Notes: a model not told the origin generated them from the sequence alone. Positions 1 through 12,682 are shown, counted from the stretch's first letter. The stretch: DNA of 64,000 nucleotides from Camelus ferus (GCF_009834535.1 NC_045697.1:32490001-32554000); one strand, 5' to 3'. Translations and numbers: made by a program.

Positions 1-188
1 TAGACATAGGTTTGTCCCAAATATTGTATGTAGCAAGCTTATAATAAAATTATTTGGGTAGTTTTTTAGTATAAATATGTCCCAAATATTGCATAGGACA
101 TGCTTATACTAAAATATATATTCACTGTTTATCTAAGATTGATATTTAAATGGGTGTTTGTCTGTTTATTTGCTACATCTGGCAATTC
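1..188. mobile_element. MER53-like palindromic hAT MITE, left end cut by the window edge
   Basis: Core TTAGTATAAATATGTCCCAAATATTGCATAGGACATGCTTATACTAAAA and terminus ATTTGCTACATCTGGCAATTC resemble the recalled MER53 consensus; the core is partly duplicated at 11-50. Confidence 0.8.
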
Positions 189-234
189 CACATGGGTTCC
201 CATTCTCTGAGAATATAAGCAGACTTCTTATTAC

Positions 235-631
235 ATATGGTCTACGAGCCATGGGGGAGGCCTCCCTGATCTCCCTGACTTTGCCTCTTATTACTCTCGC
301 CTTCACTCTGCTTAGTGTTTCCTAACAGGGCAGACACTTCTGCTCTAGAGCAGTTGTTATGACTAATCTTTCTGCCTAGAAGCTACCCATGTCACCCTAT
401 TTAATATGCAAACCGTCCTCCCCAAAGCATTCCTGATCCCCCTTACTCTTTTTCTGTAGGGCTCATCTCCTTCTAGCGTCTACCTTTATTGGGTTTATTG
501 TTTATTGTCTCCTTTTCCTCGCTTGAAAGAGAGCTTTATGACTGCAGGGATCTCCGTTCACCACTGTGCTCCAACCATCTAAAAGGTGCCTGGCACATAG
601 AAGGCACTCAGTTACTATATGCTGAATGAAT
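235..631 (+). mobile_element. L2 LINE 3' fragment
   Basis: Ends in GTGCCTGGCACATAGAAGGCACTCAG...TGAATGAAT, the typical L2 3' terminus. Confidence 0.7.
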
Positions 632-2570
632 TACTAATAAAATATAAGGATGCAAGAAATGCAAATCAAAAATTGAAGAGCAACCTCGAATGCAATAGGG
701 AGATGATAGAATGTAGGTACTTATGGATCAAAAATAAAAGCTAAAACATCACATTCCATTTACAGCCTATTTATAAACTTATTTGTGAGAAGATATGTTC
801 TTATGTAAGATAAATGCAGACCAAAATTTTTTCCATCAAATGTGATAAATACTAGTCTGGATACTGCTGTTGCCTAAGTGCATCATACTTTTGTTACAGG
901 TTATTTTCTGTTGGCTTTTTAGAACTGAAGTGTTTCTGTATGGCTCTATTGATGTCAGTAAAATAACAAAAATGTTCAAATGAAGACAAGAGAACAATGG
1001 ACTTGACATTTCCACTGTAACCTCCTATTTACAAGGGTCAACATTATCTTTCTGGGCAAGCATAGCAGAACAGTCTGTACTAAATGTTGCAGCTTTCAGA
1101 AAGCCCACTCTGTGCTCAACTATATTCGTACCCAGTAAAATGTTATCTCATTCATGTCCTAGATTTTAGGTTTCAGTCCTAAAGATTAGACAAGTTTCTT
1201 TGAAAAGCTTGCAAAGGAAGTTAAAGTTTCCGTAGTGTTGATGAAGCCAAGAGGGAAAGAAAAAATATGTAACTGATCTGTTTCTTACAGAATGAGGATA
1301 GGTTGTTAGCATCACTTAGACACAAAACCGACTATACCTTTATCAAAAGTCATCCCACTATTAGGGGAAACTGAGGTGTTCAAAAATAACCATTGTACAT
1401 CCTGTATCAGTTCCTTCTTGTAATTATCAGATGTAAAATTATAGGCCATAACTAATGCAAATATGTTGATACGCAAAATAGATTGATGAAACAAGGCCGG
1501 ATGAGAGAATGGAAGCAGAATGTTTAAGTGGAAACACGAGTGTTTTCTAAACTTGTGACATTTTCTTTTACTTTTGTAGTTAAAATTGTAAAGTAATGTA
1601 AAGTGAGAGCTGGGGGAGAATGCGACAGGGGCTGTGGTACGTGGCCATTAGAGCTCAAAGACTTGTCTGGCATGAGGCAAGGGTGAACTTCCCTAGAAAG
1701 AATCCTAGACTTGTTGATCTTCTTGAACAAGGCAATGGCTGGCCAGCTTCAGAGACGGTGGGGAAGGAAAATAACTTTCCAACCTGACCAACTGATAAAG
1801 GCCTTTTATTTCTCTTCTAGAAGGAACACAAATGATGTTTTCCAGCTCTATAAAGTTCAAGTTACAGTGATTTTCACTTAAAACTTTTATTAAAAGACTC
1901 AGAATTAGCAACATTGGCTGAATTTGAATTACTGAAAGGGAATGAATGACATAAGAATCTTAAATAATATAAAATCATGGTTATGATACATATCTAAATC
2001 TCTATCTCTAGACATATCTTTTTCTCTTCGGAGAAAATTGCCTGTTCTTTTATCGTGGACAAAATAAATCTCATAGTTTGATGCCGTCATGAAATTGGGG
2101 TAGCTGTAAGCACAATTATTTAATAGTAATCTTTTTGTTATGGATAAAGCACTTTTACTTGGGAAAATCATAACCCACAGTTTCTTTGCTAGAAAAAATG
2201 AAGGCCTTGAGCTAGACTTCTAAGTTAACTTCTCTTCTTTCAAGACTATTTGTATTATGGCATTTCTTTTATTGTGTTTATAAAGCAAAATACAACCATT
2301 GGCAAAGATTAGGTTTTAAAATGATTTAGGTTTAAAAAAAACCTTCTTGAATATTAGAAATAGTGAAGTTTCAAGAAAATAAGTTACAAAACACTTGAGG
2401 GATATGTTGTAAATGCATCTCATTTAAGAAAAGTTAAAATATAATCTGCAAGTTAAAGGAAGAAGGCTTTTTTTAATTAGAAGGATAGAGAGAAATAGAA
2501 ACATACCATGTTGTTTTTAATAAAAAGTATAATTACCTACTTAACAACAACTGCAGGGATTTCCTGCTCT

Positions 2571-2573
<3 letters not shown>

Positions 2574-2616
<43 letters not shown>
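2574..2616. repeat. (CA)n microsatellite, about 21 units
   Basis: Perfect AC dinucleotide run read directly. Confidence 0.98.
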
Positions 2617-2620
<4 letters not shown>

Positions 2621-5600
2621 TAGGCACACATAAAGAGAAACATAAATAGACAGAAACAGATCAGAGTCCAAGCTTAATGTGCTTGAATTAGCTATCCCAT
2701 AATTCTAAAATATAATGCCGTACTTCTGTTTTCAGAATAATTTTATTCTTCACCTAAAGTATTTTGGGCTCTACCTACTCTAGTAATAAGTTTTGTCAGG
2801 AATGGCATTTTGGACTCGTGAGAATTAGAATCAAATGATGTTTCTGGAGTTCCAGTGTCACCACCTGTTGCCACCTTGCCCTTGGAAAACTACTTTATGA
2901 TTATAAACTTCTGTTTTCTAGTTTATAAAATCGAACACCAATTCCTCCTTCACTCTGAGCAGTGCACTTTCACTGGTGTCAAACTAATTCTAGTAGAGCA
3001 GGACAAGTTCACATTTACCTACTTAAATAGAAATATAAACGCAGTACAAGGAGATTGTATTTGGAGTTCTTTTAAGTGCATTTGTGCATTTGTAATGTGT
3101 GCATACTCCTAGCTCATTAGTTGCAGAAGACAGAAATGTTGACTATGGAGAAATCATAATTTGCATAACATTTTTCTGCTGCTTTCCTTATGAATGATTA
3201 TGTTATTGACCATCTGAACAAAGAGAGTGAGGTAGGGTGAAGTAGGAATTGTCAGTGGCTGCTTTACTTAAATTAACAACTAGGTCCTTTGGTATCACAC
3301 AGGAGGAACTGTATGTCCAATGTCACAGACATGGGGATGACTCCCATCAAGCACTTGCTCCTCTAGCCTTTTCCTTCCATGCTGCTTGTCTGTGAGTGAA
3401 CCCAAGGCAGGCTGATCGTCATCTCCCTGCTTTCTGTTTTCTCTGTGCGGCTAGCACTGCAGCCACTGCCCTGGCTATGCTGGACATTCTGCTCTCCCAC
3501 CTACCACTGGTGTGGGTGGATGGCTAGGGGACCTCTCCTTTGCTGTCTGTCTCCCTCTCTGCTTCTGCACATCCTGATGGAGAAGATTACAGTTATCTTT
3601 TGCATGAACCTGTTTAGGAAGTGAAATTTATGAAAGAACTTTGCCCTGTGATTCAGTTAAGGTTCCCTGGAAGGTCTGCATTTGGTTTAAGAGACACATT
3701 CAGATAGTGTTAAAATGCTGCTATGTTTTCCCTGACAAAATAGCCTTTGGGAACTTCCTGGGTTGGGGTTGCTCTGGTTTGATTCAGATCCCATAATCCT
3801 CCTTTTTTTTTTCTTGACCTTATTGACATCTCATATCATTATAACCTCACCCTGGTTCCTGTCTTTTAGTTTTTCACTCTCTTCCTTTTTCTTTTTTTTT
3901 AAACCTTCTCCCCACACCTTGTTGTTTTAAAACTCTTTACTCCCAGGGCTGCTGCACAGTCATAAATCTCAGACCTATACCTCTAATTTTAAGAAGGGGC
4001 TAGTGGATCCCTCAGATAACTTCGGTTTCCAATTTCACTTGTTTTCCATTTCACCAATAAAAACACTTTTCTTAACTCAAGTTTGGTCAGCCAGAGCATG
4101 GGTAATTACATATGCTACTTTTCCTTGAGCAGTCTCAGTTATACATGTTGTTCTGGAATAATTACTAATTCCTTTTTTCACTATAATTTTCCCTAGTTTG
4201 TACAAAAAATTATATGGTCTCTAGCTTTGGATAAAGTGATCAGCTTAATTCACATTGTCTTATGAAAGACTAGAAATGTCATAACTCTTTGACACAAAAA
4301 ACTGTCTAGAAACTATTCTAATAGAAAGGCAAAAAAGATTGTATCTGATGTTTCAGTTAATCATTAAACAGAGTTTCTGGTGAAAATTTGACTAGTAAAA
4401 TTATAGACAATTTTAGGGGAAAATGTATTTATTATGTAGATGTTTAGGAATAGGAAGTTGGATTTATATTCAATCCCAAACTTTTTCCTTGTCCATAAAG
4501 ATACTGTAAGAACTCCAGATAATCATAAATGCTTCTTACAGGGGTTTATCTTAGTTGAAGTTGCCACTGTGATGTTTAACACTTTCTTGTCTCTACCTGA
4601 GATGTCCTGGGACATACAAAATGAATCATGCTTACTAGAAAAATCTGCACACTGATTTCTGGAAAACTGTCACAATTATTCATGTTATTATAGTGTGCTC
4701 CTTAGGCAGTGTCTTTGAACACCTACTACTTTAGACAAGTTTTTTGTTATTCACCTTCAACTGAGGCAAGGAATTATGTATTCTTACTTTTTAGATAAGA
4801 ATCAGTTCTGATTAAGCAGAACCTCTTATGAGTATCAAGAATAATATTATATCCAGGTGAATAGCTATGTTTAATAAGTACATGGACAGAAGCATTAATG
4901 TCACTAACAGTGGAAATATGTTCTACAAGTAAAGTTGCATTATATTCATTAAATGTTCATTTTTCTCATCCAGAATTCAGATAATCTGAAATGGCAAATA
5001 TAAGAGCAACTTCTGTCCTCTACTTTTATGAGAATGGGACAGATGACGTTAAAAAGTAGGTATCAAATAATTCATTTGTTCTGTTTTATTATCCTTGAAG
5101 AAATCATCTGATTTCTTGTCACTTCTAAGCTTGTACTGTAAAATAAGAAGTGATAGTCAAGAGGATAATCTTACAGCACTGAACTGTTTTAAAAGCATAA
5201 AATATTACTGAGAACTGAAAATACATAATTAATTAATACAGGAGATAAAATTTAATTGGACTATTTCCTGGCAAATAGTAAGAACTCCACAAATGTAATG
5301 GAAAATAAAATCCTTTGTTTAAAAAATTTATAATCTAATAAAAAGACTTGGGAGAATATACAATACTTTATGTAGAACAGAGTAAGTCCAGTCTTAAGAA
5401 ATACCACTTCCCTTACCACAACCCCATTTACAGATTTCACCAAACATGTGATTCAAAGTCCAGTTTGTTACTCCTGTGTTTGTTGATAGTCCCTAAATGA
5501 GACAGGTTGATAAATAGCAAAGATTTCCTTTCTTTTCTTCTACCCGGTTCATGTCCAAGTATTATTTCTGTTGTTCTTTCCCCTCTAAACCTTGTGAAAT

Positions 5601-6271
5601 AACAAACAGAAGGGATTCACTTAATTTTACTACAAACCCCGTTATTTCACAGGGATATCACATGCGTTAACAAAAAAAAATAGGGTCCCAACATGTGATC
5701 TCAGCAGAATATCGGGGATTTATGGAGACTTCCACTTGTTGGCTATTGCAACACAAAAAAGTCCATCATGGCACCTTGGGATGTAACCAAAAACAGAAGA
5801 GTTGTGCCCTGAAGGCCAGATGACAAGTGGAATTTTACTCTCTAATTCCCAAAAATTGGGGTGAGCAATTGGGGAGAATTTTTTTTCCTTTAGAATTAAC
5901 CAGCTAGGTCTCCAAAAGACCCCTTTTGGATTCAGTGAGTCTGCTAAAGCAGGTGATAAAATTATTTTACCAATTGCCAGGAAGTAAGAATGAGCACGAC
6001 AAAGCCAGTTTATTAGCACTGTCTCTGTTGTCACCCTAATTGGCATCATGAACTAGTAAATGTGTTGAGATTAAAACATAATCCAAAGGACAGAAAAGGT
6101 TTTGGGAAAATGTACCCCTATTTTATATTTTGTGATGAAATGCTTTCCCAATATACCTTTAGGTTGAGTCCAACTAACTAAAGTACAGTTCAAGATAGAT
6201 ACATGATAGTAGGAGATTATAATAGCAAACGGCAAGATTTTTAGTTGTGTTTATGTTTGAATACACTAAGG

Positions 6272-6850
6272 TTTTTAAAATTGAATTATTGTTGATTTAC
6301 AATATTGTGTTAGTTTCAGGTATACAACATAGCGATTCAGTATTTTTGAAGATGACAATCCATAATAGGTTATTATAAGATAATGAGTGTAATTCCCTGT
6401 GCTATATAGTATATTCGTGTTGCTTCTCTATTTTATATACATAGTTGTTAATATCTGTTAACCCCATACCCTAATTTGTCCCTCCTCCACCCACCTCCCC
6501 TTTGGTAACCTCAAGTTTATTTTCTATATCTGTGAGTCTGTTTTAGTTTTGCATATACATTTATTGGCATTCTTTTTGAGATTCTGCATATACACATAAT
6601 ATTCCCTAGGTCCATCCACATTGCTGCAAATGGCAGTATTTCATCCTTTTTATGGCTTAGTAATATTCTATTGTGTGTGTGTGCATGTGCATATATATAT
6701 ATATACATATATACACACACACACATACATATATCTCACATCTTCTTAATCTAATTGTCTGTTGATGGGCACTTGGGTGGCTCCCGTATCTTGGCTATTG
6801 TAAATAGTGCTGCTGTGAATACTGGGGTGCATGTACGTTTTCAAATTAGT
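6272..6850 (-). mobile_element. 5'-truncated artiodactyl-type LINE-1 (3'UTR and end of ORF2) with an internal TG/TA/CA microsatellite
   Basis: TTGATTTACAATATTGTGTTAGTTTCAGG 3' terminus; ORF 6517-6726 contains the L1 ORF2 C-terminal peptide KKDEILPFAAMWMDL. Confidence 0.92.
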
Positions 6851-6974
6851 TCTTCATTTAGATTTTGAAATAGGCCTTGCAGCATACCATACTGGTTTAA
6901 CATATAGTGTATTAGTACCAGAGACTTTCACTGGTGTCTAATCTGCTTCTTAAATTAATTGTTGACTTTGCTGA

Positions 6975-7350
6975 GAAGACAAGCATTTATCTTGTATCTA
7001 GGATATGTTTACAATGGTGCCCTTAAGGAACCTGCAACCCAGTTGGGAAGCAAAGTGGATATGCGCAAAATAAGGAGAAAGCAGTTAAGGGCTGAACTTG
7101 AAGCACTGACTCAAATTGTGAAACTGATTCATAGAAAGAAGAGAGACAGGACGCTTAGCTATAACATCAAAGAAATCTTTATAGGTAGTGGAAGATTTTA
7201 GTTATCTTGAAGAAGTTGAAGAGTTCTTGAAGAATGAGAACGTTTTAATAAATGAAAGATAATTAAAAGGAGTATTCAGGTGAGAATCACAGTATTTTCA
7301 AAGATCAGGGCAGGAATAATGATTAAGTGATGAGATAATGGTCTGGGAGT
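6975..7350 (-). mobile_element. Degraded L2 fragment
   Basis: AAGCATTTAT...TGCCCTTAAGGAACCTGCAACCCAGTTGGGAAG and a purine-rich body resemble antisense L2. Confidence 0.5.
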
Positions 7351-7549
7351 AAAAAAAAAAACTTATTTTTGCAGAAAGAAAGTAAATGAAGGAAACTTAT
7401 GTTTTCTCAAATTGCCTTTAGAAATCTCAGATGACTTTAAGCAGAAATGCTCAGGAAGAAGGGCTAAGTATGTGAATTAAAATATGATATTATTCATAAT
7501 TTTGTTCTATCATCTATTTTGAGACCCAAAGCATAGATGAGGTTGTTAA

Positions 7550-8185
7550 AAAAAATTGGCTATGTTCAGCTCAAAGCTTGACTGGTAGTATTGGTTAAGG
7601 GTGTTGATAGACTTTATTCACATTTACTGTGAGACCACACACTCCTACTACGTGGCCTGCAGATGGTTCTGTTCTTAACATACTTACACAACACTTTTGG
7701 ATGTGATTCCAAAAGCTTTTATTGAGCATTGTCAAATTTCTAAGCTTCACAGGAATATTTATATGGCCATTCTTTTTTTTTCTTTGGATTATTCATTTAT
7801 CCCTGTCTTTTTTTTTTTTAATTGAAGTATAGTTGATTTACAATGTTGTATTAGTTTCTGGTATACAGCATAGTGATTCAGTCATACATACATATATATA
7901 GCCTTTTTCATAGTCTTTATTATAGGCTATTACAAGCATAATGCCCTTTTATATGTGGTGCCATACATGTGAAATTCTTGACCTTAACATCATCTTTGAA
8001 AATATTAAATTAGGAACTGTGTTAACTTACAGTTTACGAATTGGCATATTTATTACTCGAAGAGATTTGATTTTCAGCACAGTGCAAAGTTCTTTCCAAT
8101 GCATATTTTTTTCTAATTCCATTTTGGTTTAAAGCACATTTTAAATGTAGTTTTCTCATTTAGTAAAAGTTGTCTAATTGAAAAA
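7550..8185 (+). pseudogene. Probable 5'-truncated processed pseudogene (3'UTR only), resembling the PPP1CB 3'UTR, interrupted by an L1 fragment
   Basis: Non-repeat UTR-like sequence ending in variant poly(A) signal AGTAAA (8162-8167) and AAAAA (8181-8185). Segments GGATGTGATTCCAAAAGCTTTTATTGAGCATTGTCAAATTT and AAAGCACATTTTAAATGTAGTTTTCTCATTTAGTAAAAGTTGTCTAATTG match my recollection of the PPP1CB 3'UTR. Left boundary uncertain. Confidence 0.55.
7808..7936 (-). mobile_element. Short LINE-1 3' end
   Basis: Poly(T) 7808-7819 followed by AATTGAAGTATAGTTGATTTACAATGTTGTATTAGTTTCTGGTATACAGCATAGTGATTCAG; related to the L1 at 6272. Confidence 0.9.
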
Positions 8186-8409
8186 CAGCCCGTATTGTTG
8201 GAAGAAGGCCTCATTCAAGGCTTTCTGCTTTATCAAAGCATGCAGTTTTTCTCAAGCATAGTTTCTACAACAAAGATAAAGAAAGTCTCCATTAGAGGTT
8301 ATAAAACATTTAATCTTAAAATTCTTATGAATCAAATGGAATCTTATCAAAGACCCAAATCTATAAACCAGATGAACTGTAGTAGTTTAGATGAAGCAGA
8401 TAATCTTTT

Positions 8410-8605
8410 CCTAGTGCTAGGCTAAGTGCTTAACACACATGTACATTTCTTGTTTAAAATAACTTTCAGAAACCACTGTGAGGTAAATGTTATCATCTGT
8501 GTTTTTCCTGTGAAGAAACTGCCTTAGCTCCTACATCCAGTAAGTGGCAAAGCCCAAATAGAGACCCAGACTTAGAGTTAAAAGCCTGCACTTTGAACCA
8601 CTGTC
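8410..8605 (-). mobile_element. MIR SINE
   Basis: Antisense MIR landmarks CTAAGTGCTT, CTGTGAGGTA, GAAGAAACT, AGTAAGTGGCAAAGCC, TTGAACCACT. Confidence 0.7.
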
Positions 8606-9429
8606 TGAGGTCCTCTCCAGTAACAGAGGGGCACCTCTGGAGTAGGCTAAAACTGAGAGTCAGGACACGCAGGCCTGCTGTGACCTTCTCTCACAAGAGG
8701 CAATCTTGCCATCCTTAGGAGAACCCAAAGGATTACACGGAGCACAACTTGAAAATCATGAGTTTGGTTATTTTGTTTGCAGTGATAGGACATTATTTCA
8801 GACAAGCTACTAAATTCCAAATCTTTATCCTCTTAAGTGTAATTTTGATATTAACAAGAAAATCCAAATCTATCCTTAATTCAGGAATAAAAGTTTTTCA
8901 AAATTATTCCAAGGACTACTACTTTTTGGAGTACAGATAGTTTTTATTAACCATGCTAGAGTATTGTTAGTAATTGGCTTGTTAAAACTCAGAATGTGTG
9001 GTCCCATTCAAATAACGCTAATGGTTTCATTAGGTCCCTTAATTAATACAAAGGCTATGATGTATGGGAAACGTGATTGGTACTTAACATCATAACCTTA
9101 TTTGTAAAGATGTTTTGTTGGGAAATGGTTTCAAGTAAAATTTGGAATGCCCATAAACCATCTTCTTTCTGCCTTACCCCCTCTCTGTCTCCACATACAA
9201 ATGGATCACTGTTTAGGGGGTGTCTACGCTTGTCTGTATCCACTTCCCTTTTGCCTTTTGGCAGTGGATCTCTCCTTGCTGTGACAGTTTTGATTATTAC
9301 TGTTACGCAGAGCAGGTGACTGAGCAGTCAGGAAAATGTAGGATCAGGACTCTTGGATGGGGTGACTCTTCACTGAGAGTAAAGTTAGACATCAGGAGAG
9401 ACAGAACTTTGTTGACTGTGTCCTTTCAG

Positions 9430-9850
9430 CAACACTGTCCAATAATAATACAATGCAAGTAACATACATACATTTAAATTTGATAGTAGCCACATTAAGG
9501 AAAAGTAAAGAAAAGAGTGCTACTAATCTTAATAATACATTTGGTTACCCCAGTCTATCTAAAACATGACAGTTTCAACATGTAATCAGTGTTCAAATTA
9601 TTACACATTATTTTTTTACATTATTTCACATTTTTTCTTAGTAAGCCTTCAAAATCTGTTTATTTTACACTAATAGCACATCTCAATTTGGACACTAAGT
9701 TTTCAGTGGTGAAAGTCCATTTAGAATTATGTTTAATGGGAAAATATTGTACACTATTTCAAGTTCAAACAAATTAAATTAAAATGTTAGATACTGAGTT
9801 GCACTAGCCACACTGGCAGTGTTAAATAACCAAAGGCCAGTGGCTCCTGC
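9430..9850. mobile_element. MER33/Charlie1-derived hAT DNA transposon
   Basis: Terminus CACTGTCCAATA plus internal TAGTAGCCACATTAA, AGCACATCTCAATTTGGAC and CACTAGCCACA motifs. Confidence 0.8.
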
Positions 9851-11177
9851 AGGGCTATCGGCTTAGGTCTCCTGGCTTTACCTATATCTTCCACAAAATT
9901 TTACTAGAAAATCCTCTTGGGGGGACTTTTCAGAGCTTTTCAAGCCGTAAGTGTATAGACTTGTACGTTATTGTTGTTTATATTTTGTCAAAATGGAGGA
10001 AGAGAAAGTAGTAGGAATTGATAATTCCATATTTGAACAGAATCTATTGGAGAAAGATGCATATTAGTTCATGGCTGGCTTGGCAGGACACTCCCTAACT
10101 ACAAAGCCACTTAAGATATAAGAACTTATGGACGATCATATAGGACCTATTACAAAATAAATTTTTTCAATTATTTCCCAATAAAAAGTAAATACAATTT
10201 TTTATGATATACCTGGAGGGTTCATGAATGCTTAGGCCAGTACGGAACACAGTGGGGACTTGGATGGTCTGTGCGCATCATGACTGCATAGGCATGTGGC
10301 AGTCAGAGTAAGGTGACACTCGAAGCAGTTATGTGCACTTACATAGAGCAAAAATAAACTGTAAACACAAATTTCAGCTTCCTGGAAATTTGAGCCCTGG
10401 GCTTATTTTGCACCCTGGCTATTTTTGTGGCTGATGAAGTTAATGCAGTGGGTTATAATGAGACAGATAAAATTCTGTCTGCAGCACAAGCACCTATTCA
10501 ATAAATGTCTAGTCCAGACAGATGAGGTGCAAAAGCCAAGATGTGCCAGGTCACCAGCTTCCACAGGGTCTGATGGATGTTGCTATGTGAACAGCACTCT
10601 GTCAGAATATACTTGGCTGAGGACAGTGACTGTTTCCTGTGAATAAGACACAGAGCTTACTGATACATTTGGAAGCTAACCCCAAATAAGACGACTGAAG
10701 GGAACTTGCACCGTTAAATGTTTTGTTAATGGGTATCAACGTGGATTTGATGAGTTTGAGGGTATTTTAGTGCACACCTGCAGCAGATGGCCTGTGCTTT
10801 TCAGCTGCTCTTATGATTTAGCTACAAGTATTTTAAATCCCAGCTGTCAGCCCATAAGCACTGACCGTGAATGTTAAGATTCACAAGCAGCTTTGCCAGT
10901 GGCAAGAACACACTTGCTGGGGTCATCCTGTTGTGGGAAATATGACTCAGCTGACCTCTTCCTCTGGGTCACTTAAAGTTGCCAGAAGAAACTGTAAAAA
11001 GGAGGTGACTTGATCCATTTCTTGGTACTGCCAGAATCATGTATAGATCTCTCCTGAGACAAGAACTTTTGCAAAATCAATCAATAGAACACTTTGGCAC
11101 AGCCACTAAAGTAGTACTGATTTTAATCCTTTATATTTGCACAGGGCTTGGTCAGTCACAAAATATTTTTACATCCA

Positions 11178-11281
11178 TCATTTCATCTTATTACTAAAAT
11201 ATCCATGAGAAGTAATAAGGACTAAAGTGTTACTACTTCTATTTAATAATTGAAAACACTGAGGCTCAGAGAGGTGTAAGG
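11178..11281 (-). mobile_element. MIR core fragment
   Basis: AAACACTGAGGCTCAGAGAGGT core. Confidence 0.7.
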
Positions 11282-11549
11282 TAAGGTTTGTGTATGTGTA
11301 AATTGATGAGGTCCAAAAGGGCATCTTGAATAAAATAATAGGAGAAATCAAACTAAAAAAATCCATTTGGGTCAAGAGCATAGCTTTCAAGAAATTTCTC
11401 TCATCTAGTGTTTATTTTCCTTAGCTTGAAGATCCTGCCTTCCTAATATAATGCTATGAAATCAGCTTAAAGGAAAGCTCTAGAATGAGGGGATGAGAAC
11501 CTCCCCACCCCCCAACACACAAAAGTGAATCAGCCTATTTGAGACAGAG

Positions 11550-11710
11550 TGGCCATCAATATCCACTCTCTTCTTGTTTCTTAATAATGGATGCCTTGAT
11601 TTTTAGCTGGCATGTGGCCATCCTGAAAAGAACAGTAATTCTCATCTTTCATTGCACTAAGTTCTGGCAAAAGTGATGTGAGCCACTTCTCAAAAGTGTC
11701 TTTAGTGGAA
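11550..11710 (+). mobile_element. LTR16-like ERVL LTR fragment
   Basis: CAATATCCACTCTC, GATTTTTAGCTGGCATGTGGCC, ACTAAGTTCTGGC and AAGTGATGTG blocks. Confidence 0.6.
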
Positions 11711-12489
11711 ATACATTAGTCAGTAAACAGAAGCCATTCTGTTTCTTCCAGACGTTAAATAAATTAATGCGGAGAATATATACCTTAAATAGAGAGTCTA
11801 TCCCATAATTGGAAAAGCAGGGCAATTACTAGGGATTCTCTTAGCTTGAAGTAACACATTAGGTAGTTCTTAAGAGTTTGCTGGAGATAAGCCCAACTTA
11901 TAAAGACTCTGGAAAGGTCCCACCAATTATCTCCATCATCAGGAGCGAGGTAAGTTGTTCTAGGGCTCACTGGGAAGCAGCTGTGAGTCACACGCCTGAC
12001 AACGTGTCGGCTCTAGTTTCCTCCACAGATTATTATCGCTCCTTTCTTCAGCCTCTCAATCTGAAGTTAGTGCTTCTTATTATAGAAGTCTAACCTTGAA
12101 CCATTGGGAAAAGGATTTTAGGAAATGTGGTTCCTGACTTTTTCTTTTGTCTTGCAGAAAAACCCTAGAAGAAGGCTGTGATGAGATTGGTTTGTCAGTG
12201 GACAGACCCACACAGCCCACCTCTTTGTTCAAAACAACATCCACAAATGGCACTCGACTCACATTTAACTTCCAAATACTGGCAATAACAACACCATACT
12301 GTGCTTACCACAGTGCAACTCCTCTTACATAAAGGGGTCTGTGCAAAGTCCCACATTGTCATTTATCCACCTCGAGATGATGCTCATTGCTTTTTAGCTT
12401 ACTCATTTTCCCTTCAGTGATACTGAAGTATTGAATTGCAAGGTTAGCTATTATTAATACACTTAATGTTCAGTAGAAAGGAAATGTGA

Positions 12490-12634
12490 GGGGAGGAGGG
12501 AATAGCCCAGTAGTAGAGTACATGCCTAGCATGCACAAGGTCCTGGGTTCAATCCCCAGTACCTCCATTAAAATAAATAAATAAAAACCTAATTACCCCT
12601 CCACAAAAAAAGAATAAAAAACAATTTTTTTTAA
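12490..12634 (+). mobile_element. Camelid Vic-1-type tRNA-derived SINE, full length
   Basis: A box TAGCCCAGTAG, B box GGTTCAATCCC, A-rich tail; 13-bp TSD AAAGGAAATGTGA (12477-12489) / AAAGGGAATGTGA (12635-12647). Confidence 0.9.
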
Positions 12635-12682
12635 AAAGGGAATGTGAAAAGGAAAAATCCAATTTATTTGTTTATATATATA

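Noticed and set aside
3250..3800. Locally GC-richer block, perhaps an ancient LTR, with one ETS-IRF motif GGAAGTGAAA at 3617-3626
   Set aside because: I could not assign a family or boundaries, and a single motif is not evidence. Similar unassigned blocks lie at 16660-17010 and 26800-27140.
12490..12570. Possible tRNA-Ala gene
   Set aside because: It has a SINE tail, TSDs and decayed stems, so it is a SINE rather than a tRNA.
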